Source: an uncultured Verrucomicrobiae bacterium (GTDB lineage Bacteria; Verrucomicrobiota; Verrucomicrobiia; Verrucomicrobiales; Akkermansiaceae). Taken from it: DNA of 64,000 bases. The stretch lies in assembly GCA_937957985.1 (NCBI GenBank), contig CALGOH010000223.1, forward strand, positions 4,756 through 68,755, written 5' to 3'. The notes under the pieces were generated by a model. It worked only from the letters and a program-made list of their open reading frames with translations. It ran no database searches and was not told the DNA's origin. Positions 39,824 through 48,209 of the stretch are shown piece after piece (the first letter of the stretch is position 1; the number at the start of each line of letters is the position of its first letter). The translations under genes and the position numbers were made by a program.

Positions 39824-40740
39824 GGTCGGGGAGTGTCGGGGTCCAGAAGCTCGGCGACCCGCAGCTTTGCGCTGCGGGCCCGCGGGTTGACTCGGATCTC
39901 TGCGTCGCTCGGTGCGATCGCCTTGCGCTGTGGAAGTCGGAATGCCCAGCGGGGGTTGGGGCGTGGCTCGGGCCACTCGGGCCGGTCGATCCATGGACGC
40001 GACCGGTCCTGCATGAACTGTTTGACCATCCGGTCCTCCAGGCTGTGGAAGGTGATCACCAGCAGCCGTCCGCCCGGCTTCAGCAGATCGACGGAGCGTT
40101 CGAGCGCCCGCTCCAGCGAGCCCAGCTCGTCATTCACCGCGATCCGGATCGCCTGGAAAGTCCGCGTCGCCGGATGGGTGCGCCCGCGGCGGCCGATCCG
40201 CTCCTCGATGCAGCCGGCGAGTTCGAGCGTCGTCTCGAAAGGGCGCTCGTGGCGTCGCTCGACGATGACCGAGACGATCCGCCGCGCCTGGGGCTCCTCG
40301 CCGTATTCGCGCAGGATGCGGACGAGTTCGTTCTCGGGCCACTCGTTCACGACGGTGGCGGCGGTCAGTTCGACGGACGGTCCCATGCGCATGTCGAGCG
40401 GGCCGTCCTTCTGAAACGAGAATCCCCGCTCGGGCGCATCGAGCTGGCGAGACGAGACCCCGAGGTCCAGGAGCAGGCCGTCGGCCCGCTCTCCCCCCTG
40501 GACCCCGGGGTTGTCTCGGAAATAGTCGGCGAAGTTGCCCTGCCAGGTGCGGAAGCGGTCGCCGAACCGCGCCAGCCGTTCGCGGGCGTGCGCCAGCGCC
40601 TCGGGGTCGCGGTCGATTCCCAGCACCGTCGCGCCGGCATCCAGGAAACGCTCGCTGTGTCCGCCGCCGCCGAGGGTGGCATCGACGATGAAGCGACCCG
40701 GTCCGGCCGCCATCCACTCGCAGGTTTCCTCCGGCAGCAC
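39820..40740 (-). CDS. rsmH: 16S rRNA (cytosine1402-N4)-methyltransferase RsmH/MraW; start codon unresolved
   Basis: YHVSVLPEE...DATLGGGGHSERFL...LLDLGVSSRQLD..RGFSF..DGPLDMRM...THPATRTFQAIRIAVNDEL...ITFHSLEDRMVKQF. The 5' coordinate is the first in-frame canonical start (GTG 40740). That start lies inside the conserved N-terminus, and the frame remains open upstream through the repeat array. Confidence 0.85.
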   Translation of the reverse strand: MLPEETCEWMAAGPGRFIVDATLGGGGHSERFLDAGATVLGIDRDPEALAHARERLARFGDRFRTWQGNFADYFRDNPGVQGGERADGLLLDLGVSSRQLDAPERGFSFQKDGPLDMRMGPSVELTAATVVNEWPENELVRILREYGEEPQARRIVSVIVERRHERPFETTLELAGCIEERIGRRGRTHPATRTFQAIRIAVNDELGSLERALERSVDLLKPGGRLLVITFHSLEDRMVKQFMQDRSRPWIDRPEWPEPRPNPRWAFRLPQRKAIAPSDAEIRVNPRARSAKLRVAELLDPDTPRP

Positions 40741-40765
40741 GGAGACATGGTAGCCTCCGCCATCT

Positions 40766-41295
40766 GAAAGCCCCGACCGAGGCTCCGCAAACCAGCCATG
40801 GAAACCGGAGCGCGCGGTCGTCTGATGTCCCCCGCGCGCCGCTGTCCCGATTGGCGCGTGGGGTCCGTTGTTGAAATCGATTGCCGCGCCCCGTGCCGTA
40901 AACCAGCCATGGAAACCGGCACGGGGACGCGGGTTGATCGGCGAAAGGAGCGCTGTCCCGATTTGCTCCCTCCGCTCAGCCTGGGAAAGCCCCGGTCGCC
41001 GCCCCGCAAACCAGCCATGGAAACCGGAGCGCGCGGTCGTCTGATGTCCCCCGCGCGCCGCTGTCCCGATTGGCGCGTGGGGTCCGTTGTTGAAATCGAT
41101 TGCCGCGCCCCGTGCCGTAAACCAGCCATGGAAACCGGCACGGGGACGCGGGTTGATCGGCGAAAGGAGCGCTGTCCCGATTTGCTCCCTCCGCTCAGCC
41201 TGGAAAGCCAACGGTCGCCGCCCCGCAAACCAGCCATGGAAACCGGGGCGGACAACCGTCTGATACGCGGCGCGGAGCACTGTCCCGATGGCTCC
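40766..41295. repeat. Tandem repeat array (219-bp unit, about 2.4 copies) between mraZ and rsmH
   Basis: 40789-41007 and 41008-41226 are near-identical. The 20-mer AAACCAGCCATGGAAACCGG occurs at 40789, 40900, 41008, 41119 and 41227. Confidence 0.9.
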
Positions 41296-41432
41296 GGACC
41301 GCATGAAAAATACGCCCAACCCCGACACCGGCGCGATCGCGGCGGTGGGTGCCACCGGATGCGTGGATCCGGATGCCGGGGTTGGAAGGGCGAACAGCAT
41401 GTTGTCGTTCGTTTGGGTGAAATCTTCTTGGT

Positions 41433-41885
41433 TCAGAGGACGCCGAGCTCGTCGTCGTCGATGTTCATGTCGGCCTCCACGATGCGCCGGAAGGTGTCCT
41501 CCGAGCAGAGGATGTAGTAGCTGTCGCGACCGGCGACCTTGACCGGCCCGTCCGCCTTGAGGCCGATGTCCTCGGCCCAGTCCTTGGGCACGCTCAGCTT
41601 GCCCTGGCTGCTGATGGTCGCCTCCTTCGAGGTCATCCGCAGCGCGCCCGCCAGCTTGGTCTTCTTCGCCGGCGTCAGGTTCGACTCGGCGATCTGGCGG
41701 AACTTGTCCTCGAAGGCCGCGACACTGAAGATCTTGATGACCTGCTCCTCGTGCTCCTTCGACACCTGGAGCCGCACCGGCTCGTCCCCGTCGGGACGGA
41801 AAGCCACCGGGATGGAAACCCGATACTTCGGGTCCATCTTGTAGTCGTAGTGACTCTCGTAAACTTTGCCTTCGGCGGACATCAC
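41433..41885 (-). CDS. mraZ: Transcriptional regulator MraZ
   Basis: 150 aa. YDYKMDPKYRVSIPVAFR and a second half QGKLSVPKDWAEDIGL give the duplicated SpoVT/AbrB-like MraZ pattern. It is the first gene of the dcw cluster. Confidence 0.88.
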   Translation of the reverse strand: MMSAEGKVYESHYDYKMDPKYRVSIPVAFRPDGDEPVRLQVSKEHEEQVIKIFSVAAFEDKFRQIAESNLTPAKKTKLAGALRMTSKEATISSQGKLSVPKDWAEDIGLKADGPVKVAGRDSYYILCSEDTFRRIVEADMNIDDDELGVL

Positions 41886-41915
41886 AGAACGTCAGTGCGC
41901 TGACGTGCCTTGAAC

Positions 41916-41931
41916 TACACCAAAGTACACC
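41916..41931 (-). promoter_or_regulatory. Candidate operator: two GGTGTA direct repeats at 10-bp spacing just upstream of mraZ
   Basis: The plus strand reads TACACCAAAGTACACC, which is GGTGTACTTTGGTGTA on the mraZ strand, 30-45 nt upstream of the mraZ ATG. It sits in an AT-rich divergent promoter region. MraZ proteins are known to bind short direct repeats at this spacing, but the consensus for this clade is unknown. Confidence 0.25.
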
Positions 41932-42273
41932 CAAATGCGCAAGAGAAATTGAAGGTTTCTTAGTTTTCTCCAAAAACCATTCATAATCAGCAGTTTATGA
42001 AGTGTATTCGGGTGTCCTTGAGGGAGATTCTTTGAAGTTTTCCGTGCTTTCCGAGGTGCTTTTTTGGAATTTTTCGAGGGTCGGGGGTGGATTTTCCGAG
42101 GTCGGCCGATGCTCCGGTGTACTTTTTTTACGGATCGGTGCATGGAGGTGTACGGCACCCGCAGGCAGTGGTTGGCGCCGTGAGCCGGACGCAACCGGGT
42201 CAGCCGGGGCGACCCTTCGAATTCGCGAGAATTCGCGGAGAGTTGACGAGGGTTCGCGGAGCACGGGGAAGCG

Positions 42274-42816
42274 ATGATCGTGAAGAGTGCGAGGCATCCT
42301 GCCATGCACTACCGTCCACTCGACTCACTCCATCCCTGGCTGATCAACGCTGGTCATTCGGGCTCTCCCTACGTCCTGGTCGACACCGGTGCGACCCCGA
42401 TCAAAGGCTGCGCGGAGAAGGTCGTCGCGCTGCTGAACGAATTCGACGACGCCGGTGACGCCGGTTGGATTCACCTCGATGCCGAACTGGTCGCTCTCGT
42501 TTCCGCGAGCAAGGAGCACCGGCGCCTGCTCGGGATCGACGAAACCACCCCGCCCTTCGACCCGACAAGCACCTGTGGCGTCCGGCGCGTCCTGACGGCC
42601 TTCGCCCGTCGCGGACGCTTCGTCGTCAACCACCCGGAAGCGACCCGCACCCTGGCCAAGGATCCCCGTGGATTCCGCGCCGCCATCGGCAGGCCCGTCG
42701 CCGACATCGAGCAGTTCCACCTCATTCTCAATCCCGACTGTTTCCGCCTCCACTGCCTCGCCTCCCTCATCGCCGACTCCTACCTCGAGTGGGTGGCCAC
42801 CTCCTGCGCGGCATGA
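42274..42816 (+). CDS. Hypothetical protein
   Basis: 180-aa ORF divergent from mraZ. No family recognised. Confidence 0.45.
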   Translation: MIVKSARHPAMHYRPLDSLHPWLINAGHSGSPYVLVDTGATPIKGCAEKVVALLNEFDDAGDAGWIHLDAELVALVSASKEHRRLLGIDETTPPFDPTSTCGVRRVLTAFARRGRFVVNHPEATRTLAKDPRGFRAAIGRPVADIEQFHLILNPDCFRLHCLASLIADSYLEWVATSCAA

Positions 42817-42919
42817 GGATCAGGAGGGAACCCGCAAGACCGCCCACAAGATCCGCGCAATCCAAGGCAAGGAACGCGGGGACGCCATGGGAGCGATCCG
42901 CTTCCTTCCGCGAACTCCG

Positions 42920-43078
42920 ATGAACGTCATCGCCCTCACCATCCTCGTCAGCTCCTGCCTCGCGGGGATTTTCATCTTCTGCTTCGTGGGCGAACTCCGG
43001 CGTTCCCGGCACTCCTCGCCCGAGCGCGACTCCCTGCTTCCCTTCAACGACGACGACCAGGATCAAGCCAACCTCTGA
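42920..43078 (+). CDS. ccoS: cbb3 oxidase maturation protein CcoS/FixS-like
   Basis: MNVIALTILVSSCLAGIFIFCFVGELRRSRHSSPERDSLLPFNDDD: one TM segment plus the acidic ...FDDD-like tail typical of CcoS. It lies directly upstream of ccoNO. An alternative start is ATG 42887. Confidence 0.65.
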   Translation: MNVIALTILVSSCLAGIFIFCFVGELRRSRHSSPERDSLLPFNDDDQDQANL

Positions 43079-43097
43079 CTCCAAGAGACCCTCTTCC

Positions 43098-45617
43098 ATG
43101 AGCACACCCGCCACGCAAACCGCGACCATCCAGTACGACGACAAGACCGTTCGGCAGTTCATGTTCTTCTCCGTCCTCTGGGGACTGGTCGGCATGCTCG
43201 TCGGCGTCATCTGCGCCACCCAGCTCTCGTGGTGGCAGATGAACGGCAAGTTCCTCGAGACACTCACCTTCGGCGCGGTCCAGGCCGACGGCATCTCCTA
43301 CCTCACCTTCGGCCGCCTGCGCCCGCTGCACACCAACGCGGTCATCTTCGCCTTCGTGGGCAACATGATGTTCGCCGGCATCTACTACTCCACCCAGCGG
43401 CTGTGCAAGGCCCGGACCGCCTCCGACCTGCTGTCGAAGATCCACATGTGGGGCTGGCAGCTCATCATCGTCGCCGCCGCCGTCAGCCTCCCCGCCGGAC
43501 TCACCCGCGGCAAGGAATACGCCGAACTCATCTGGCCCATCAACATCGCCGTCGCCCTGATCTGGGTCGTCTTCGCGGTGAACTTCTTCTGGACCCTGGC
43601 GAAACGCAACGAGTCCAGCCTCTACGTCGCGCTCTGGTTCTACATCGCGACCATCGTCACCGTGGCGATGCTCTACATCGTCAACCACCTCTCGCTGCCG
43701 ACCTCCTTCCCCCCTTCCTACCCGGTTTTCGGCCGCCGGCAGGCCGGGCTGGTCCGCTGGTGGCATGGCGACACCGCCGTCGCCTGCTTCCCCACGACCC
43801 CGATCCTCGGGATCATGTACTACTTCCTGCCGAAGGCGGCGAACCGTCCCGTCTACAGCTACCGCCTTTCCATCATCCACTTCTGGTCGCTGGTCTTCAT
43901 CTACATCTGGGCCGGCCCCCACCACCTGCTGAACACCTCGCTGCCCCGCTGGCTGCAGATGCTGGGGATGCTCTTCTCGCTGATGCTCTGGGCGCCTTCC
44001 TGGGGCGGCATGCTCAACGGCCTGCTCACCCTGCGCGGGGCGTGGAACAAGCTGCGCACCGATCCGGTGATCAAGTTCTTCGCCGCCGGCGTGACCTTCT
44101 ACGGCATGGCCACCTTCGAGGGGCCCCTGCTCTCGATCCGCGCCGTCAATCAGCTCTCGCACTACACCGACTGGACCATCGGCCACGTCCACTCCGGCGC
44201 CCTCGGCTGGAACGGCTTCATGGCCGCCGGGATGTTCTACTGGCTGGCTCCGCGGCTGTGGAAAACCAAGCTCTGGTCGGTCGCCATGGCCAACATGCAC
44301 TTCTGGATCGGGCTGGTCGGCATCCTCCTCTACGTCGCCGCGATGTGGACCGCCGGCGTCATGCAGGGGTTGATGCTCGGCGAAGTCGCCGAAGGAGGAA
44401 CAACGCTCAAATACGACTTCGTCGAAACGCTCAAGGCCATCCAGCCGCAGTACATCCTCCGCTCGTTCGGCGGCACGCTTTTCCTCCTCGGCTTCGTGCT
44501 GTGCGCCATCAACCTGTGGAAGACCGCCCGCTCCGGGCAGCCCCACGACGACACCGTGGAGGTCGCCGTGCCGGTGAGATCGCACGACTCGATGAAGCTG
44601 CGCGAAACGCTCATCAACGATCCGGTCGCCTACTGCATCCTCGGCTGCTTCACCCTGTGCCTGTGGTTCTTCCTGCCGCCCTATGCCAACGTGGCCGCGC
44701 TCGTCGTGACCATCCTGCTCGCCATCAAGGCGATCCACGGCTTCCGCACGCGGGGCGCGAAGTGGATCGACTGGCACGAGCGGCTCCTCCACAACTACCT
44801 GCCCTTCACCCTGCTCGTCTTCATCGCCGTCGCCATCGGCGGTGCGGTGCAGATCATCCCGTCGCTCATCGTCAACCGCGAGGAGAACGTCGAGGGCCGC
44901 CTGCAGGAACTCTACACGCCGCTCGAACTCGCCGGCCGTGACATCTACGTCTCCGAAGGCTGCTACAACTGCCACTCGCAGATGATCCGGATGCTCATGC
45001 CCGACGTGATGCGCTACAGCCGCGCCGGCAAGGAGGACGACTTCTCGCACCTCGGCGAGTCGCTCTTCGACCACCCGTTCCAGTGGGGTTCGAAGCGCAC
45101 CGGTCCCGACCTCGCCCGCGAGGGTGGCGAGATCGTCGAGGGTTCGAAGTTCATGCGCACCGGCGTGCGCGACAACGTCTGGCACTACAACCACTTCATG
45201 AACCCGCGCCAGACCTCCGAGGGCTCCAACATGCCGGCCTACCCGTGGCTCTTCGAGCAGGAGACCGACATCAAGGCGCTGCCGAAGAAGATCGCCGTCC
45301 AGCGCAAGCTCGGCGTGCCATACCCCGCGATGAACCAGCACGAGATCATCGACAAGGCGCGGATGCAGTCGCTGGAGATCGCCAACAACCTCGCCGCCGC
45401 CAAGGTGCTCCAGCCCGCGGGGCTGGAGATGGATCAGGAGGAGTTCGCCAAATACCTCGCCGACCGGCAGGTCGTCGCCCTCATCGCCTACATGCAGAAG
45501 CTCGGCACCTACCGCATCCAGGAGAAGAAAGGCCCGGCGGAAGGCCAACCGCTCGACCCGGATTCCTATCGCACCGAGATCACCGGCAACGATGATTCGA
45601 CTGCCAACAACGAATAA
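43098..45617 (+). CDS. ccoNO: Fused cbb3-type cytochrome c oxidase subunits I+II (CcoN-CcoO)
   Basis: N part: RPLHTNAVIFAF, YIWAGPHHLL, YGMATFEGPLLSIRAVNQLSHYTDWTIGHVHSGALGW. C part: CYNCHSQMIR heme-c site and FQWGSKRTGPDLAREGG. Confidence 0.92.
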   Translation: MSTPATQTATIQYDDKTVRQFMFFSVLWGLVGMLVGVICATQLSWWQMNGKFLETLTFGAVQADGISYLTFGRLRPLHTNAVIFAFVGNMMFAGIYYSTQRLCKARTASDLLSKIHMWGWQLIIVAAAVSLPAGLTRGKEYAELIWPINIAVALIWVVFAVNFFWTLAKRNESSLYVALWFYIATIVTVAMLYIVNHLSLPTSFPPSYPVFGRRQAGLVRWWHGDTAVACFPTTPILGIMYYFLPKAANRPVYSYRLSIIHFWSLVFIYIWAGPHHLLNTSLPRWLQMLGMLFSLMLWAPSWGGMLNGLLTLRGAWNKLRTDPVIKFFAAGVTFYGMATFEGPLLSIRAVNQLSHYTDWTIGHVHSGALGWNGFMAAGMFYWLAPRLWKTKLWSVAMANMHFWIGLVGILLYVAAMWTAGVMQGLMLGEVAEGGTTLKYDFVETLKAIQPQYILRSFGGTLFLLGFVLCAINLWKTARSGQPHDDTVEVAVPVRSHDSMKLRETLINDPVAYCILGCFTLCLWFFLPPYANVAALVVTILLAIKAIHGFRTRGAKWIDWHERLLHNYLPFTLLVFIAVAIGGAVQIIPSLIVNREENVEGRLQELYTPLELAGRDIYVSEGCYNCHSQMIRMLMPDVMRYSRAGKEDDFSHLGESLFDHPFQWGSKRTGPDLAREGGEIVEGSKFMRTGVRDNVWHYNHFMNPRQTSEGSNMPAYPWLFEQETDIKALPKKIAVQRKLGVPYPAMNQHEIIDKARMQSLEIANNLAAAKVLQPAGLEMDQEEFAKYLADRQVVALIAYMQKLGTYRIQEKKGPAEGQPLDPDSYRTEITGNDDSTANNE

Positions 45618-45695
45618 GTAGAGGAGAGCGGCGCGCAACGCCCATCGTCCCCGATCACCCAATCTCCAATCACCTAATTTCCAACCGAAGGTCCC

Positions 45696-45869
45696 ATGTC
45701 CGAAATGTTCAAACGCGTGGTCCACGAGGACTGGACGACCATCGTGCCGATGATCGCCTTCGCCCTCATGTTCGGGGTTTTTGTGGTCACCACCATCCGG
45801 GCCCTGCGGCTCGGGAAATCCGAGCGCGAACGCCTCGCCACCCTGCCCCTCAACGATTCAGACCGATAA
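45696..45869 (+). CDS. ccoQ: Small single-TM protein, CcoQ-like (cbb3 subunit IV position)
   Basis: 57 codons, read by hand and below the ORF-track cutoff: MSEMFKRVVHEDWTTIVPMIAFALMFGVFVVTTIRALRLGKSERERLATLPLNDSDR, stop TAA 45867-45869. It lies between ccoNO and ccoP. Confidence 0.55.
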   Translation: MSEMFKRVVHEDWTTIVPMIAFALMFGVFVVTTIRALRLGKSERERLATLPLNDSDR

Positions 45870-45874
45870 ATCCC

Positions 45875-46513
45875 ATGTCCGACGAAGCATCCGAAACCGA
45901 AGTGAAACGCGGCGCCTTCGCGAAGGAGAAAGGCGAAGTCATCCTGCGCGAGCACGAGTACGACGGCATCCAGGAATTCGACCAGAAGCTTCCGAACTGG
46001 TGGCTCTTCACCTTCTACTTCGCCATCGCCTGGTTCCTCATCTACTGGGTGATCTATTATCACACCGATGCCTACCGGACCGACTCCGAGAAGATCGTCT
46101 CGAAGATGTCCGCACTGCAGGAGCAGAAGGAGGCCGCCCTCGCCGACGCGCTCGGAAGCATCTCCAACGAGCAACTCGTCAACGACTGGGCGAAGAGCCC
46201 CGCAAAGGTCGCCGCAGGCGAGGCGATCTACACCACCCACTGCGTCGCCTGCCACGCCGCCGACCTCACGTCCACCCTCGCGGTCGGCGACCAGAAGATC
46301 CCGTTGCCGGGGCTTTCGCTCGTCGACGGAGAGTGGAAATACGGCAGCCAGCCGCTTGATCTCTTCAAGCTCATCAACGACGGTACTCCGGCCGACTCCG
46401 CCGGACACAACGGCGCGAAGATGCAGGCCTGGGGCCAGATGCTGAAGCCCGAGGAGATTTTCGAGGTCACCGCCTTCATCATCTCGAAGAACCCGGACGA
46501 GTTCGGGCTCTGA
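45875..46513 (+). CDS. ccoP: cbb3-type cytochrome c oxidase subunit III (CcoP), monoheme form
   Basis: FixP N-terminal signature HEYDGIQEFDQKLPNWWLFTFY and a single CVACH heme-c site. Confidence 0.85.
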   Translation: MSDEASETEVKRGAFAKEKGEVILREHEYDGIQEFDQKLPNWWLFTFYFAIAWFLIYWVIYYHTDAYRTDSEKIVSKMSALQEQKEAALADALGSISNEQLVNDWAKSPAKVAAGEAIYTTHCVACHAADLTSTLAVGDQKIPLPGLSLVDGEWKYGSQPLDLFKLINDGTPADSAGHNGAKMQAWGQMLKPEEIFEVTAFIISKNPDEFGL

Positions 46514-46537
46514 CCTCGACTCAAAAAATCCGAAAAC

Positions 46538-46571
46538 AACCCGCGGTGCCTCTGTGGTGCCGCGGGTTTTT
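46538..46571 (+). terminator. Rho-independent terminator after ccoP
   Basis: AACCCGCGG ... CCGCGGGTT 9-bp stem followed by a T-run. Confidence 0.6.
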
Positions 46572-46579
46572 CGTTCACG

Positions 46580-46733
46580 CGTTCCGGATAGGTCCCATCG
46601 ACTCTTCCCCGGCCAACGCCCCAAACGGGAACCACGACGACGGCGTCCGGGCGAACAACCACAACAGCCCGAAGTGGGCGGCGAGGATTCCCGTGCAGCA
46701 CCGCCCCCCATTGGTTTGAAAGTTCAATGCATA
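46580..46733 (-). pseudogene. Relic 5' fragment of a crtO-like acyltransferase gene (frameshifted, truncated)
   Basis: The reverse strand reads LCIELSNQWGAVLH, then after a frameshift ILAAHFGLLWLFARTPSSWF...GTY. This parallels the intact crtO N-terminus MWIELSNVWVAVLNVAGIPAAHFGLSWLFTRMPASWF...GTYDRW at 48209 downward. Confidence 0.6.
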
Positions 46734-46903
46734 ATCCGCCCCTTCTTTTTGCGCTCGGTCTACGGTTTGCCTGGTATCGCTCGGTGGTCCCGAGGAGGAA
46801 AACCTGCGGATGCCAACCTGCGCGGTGCCCGTGAAATGCAGGTCTGGGAGCGTGCCTGAATGCCTCTTGACGGCACCTAACGGACCGCATAGATGGACCC
46901 ACG

Positions 46904-47692
46904 ATGAAATCGATTTTTCCCGCCTGCGCGATACTGGCATCGGCATTTTTCCCCCTGCTCGCGCAGAAGGCGACCGCAGCGGTGAGCCTGGCCGGTTTCG
47001 CCGCGGACAACTACAACCCCAGCAACCCTGGCGCCTGGTCCATCGCCTCGGATACCGCCCTGCAGCTGGCGAACTCCGACCCCACGATTCTCTTCTCCCC
47101 CGGGAACTCTCTCAACAACTCCTACGAGGGGACGATGACGGTCAACACCTCCACCGACGACGACTTCATCGGCCTTGTCCTCGGTTACACGCCCGGCTCC
47201 CTCTCAACGCCGGGCACCTCCCAGTACATCCTCATCGATTGGAAACAGGCCACGCAGGCCGGGCCGGGCCCGTCTCCGGTCAATGGCCCCAGAGGGCTTG
47301 CCCTCAGCGTCGTCACCGGGCGCCCTGCCGATGCATTCTCCGACCTGTGGGGTCACACGGGCACCGTTGCCGAGATCGCCCGGGGCGCAACTCTGGGTTC
47401 GACGGGCTGGGCGGACAATACGACCTACACCTTCCGCGTCGATTACACCCCGACGAACATCCTTTTCTATGTGAACGATGTGCTGCAGTTCGATGTCGAT
47501 GCCACGGATCTACCGGGCGCACCCTCATCACTTCCGCAAGGCAGATTCGGCTTCTATGCGTTTTCGCAGGAGTTCACGCAGTTCAACCTCACATCCGTCG
47601 AGACCATCCCCGAAGCTTCCGCGCTGCTTCTATCCGCTGCGGCTACCGTTTCCAGCCTGCTGCGCCGCCGTCGAAGCCAATTGGCTGACTAG
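46904..47692 (+). CDS. Secreted LamG/TSPN-like protein with C-terminal PEP-CTERM sorting signal
   Basis: Signal peptide, a DDDFIGLVLGY motif, and a C-terminal IPEASALLLSAAATVSSLLRRRR (PEP-like motif, TM segment, basic tail). Confidence 0.75.
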   Translation: MKSIFPACAILASAFFPLLAQKATAAVSLAGFAADNYNPSNPGAWSIASDTALQLANSDPTILFSPGNSLNNSYEGTMTVNTSTDDDFIGLVLGYTPGSLSTPGTSQYILIDWKQATQAGPGPSPVNGPRGLALSVVTGRPADAFSDLWGHTGTVAEIARGATLGSTGWADNTTYTFRVDYTPTNILFYVNDVLQFDVDATDLPGAPSSLPQGRFGFYAFSQEFTQFNLTSVETIPEASALLLSAAATVSSLLRRRRSQLAD

Positions 47693-47735
47693 CTCCCCGG
47701 AGGGCAGAGTATTCGGACACCCGTGATCACCGGCG

Positions 47736-48209
47736 TCAGGGGTCGGCAACAAGCAGTCTGCCGAGCCGCAGCCGGTTCTGCCGCTGGAGCAGGATGCAGG
47801 GGAGGTTCATCAGGATCGCGTAAACCGGCAGCACCAGCGCCCACGGCCATGGTGTCCAGATGATGAATCCGCTGATGACCAGCCACTGCGCCCAGTGCGC
47901 CGCCTCGCCACGGCAGGTCTCGATGCGAAATTGCTCAAGATAGGCGGCATCGCGGGACCGCAGGCCGGCCTTGGGAAACCCCCCGAACCATCCCGCCGCG
48001 TCCGGCAGCAGATGCTTCCATCGCTTCACCCGGAACCAGCGATCATAGGTCCCCGCCGACTCGCCGGGCCACCGCGCGAACGGGAACGCCGCGGGCCGGA
48101 ACCACGACGCCGGCATCCGGGTGAACAGCCACGACAGCCCGAAGTGCGCCGCGGGGATCCCCGCCACGTTCAGCACCGCCACCCAGACGTTCGAAAGCTC
48201 AATCCACAT
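47736..48209 (-). CDS. crtO: Glycosyl-4,4'-diaponeurosporenoate acyltransferase-family protein
   Basis: 157 aa. YDRWFRVKRWKHLLPD...IETCRGEAAHW...MNLPCILLQRQNRLRLGRLL parallels S. aureus CrtO (WFYVRKWKH...ETKRAELIHW...VQRYNRPRL). Confidence 0.75.
   Translation of the reverse strand: MWIELSNVWVAVLNVAGIPAAHFGLSWLFTRMPASWFRPAAFPFARWPGESAGTYDRWFRVKRWKHLLPDAAGWFGGFPKAGLRSRDAAYLEQFRIETCRGEAAHWAQWLVISGFIIWTPWPWALVLPVYAILMNLPCILLQRQNRLRLGRLLVADP

Noticed and set aside
40789-41246. Possible CRISPR array, suggested by the regularly spaced 20-mer AAACCAGCCATGGAAACCGG.
   Set aside because: The 'spacers' of about 90 nt are themselves repeated (A/B subunits duplicated almost exactly). The spacing is too long, and no cas genes or leader are nearby. 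It is a tandem duplication, not CRISPR.
39820-41973. 717-aa ORF apparently spanning from the mraZ region to rsmH as a single gene.
   Set aside because: Only the last 310 or so residues are RsmH. The upstream part overlaps mraZ in another frame and runs through the tandem repeats. It is kept as a finding about the rsmH start, not as a 717-aa protein.
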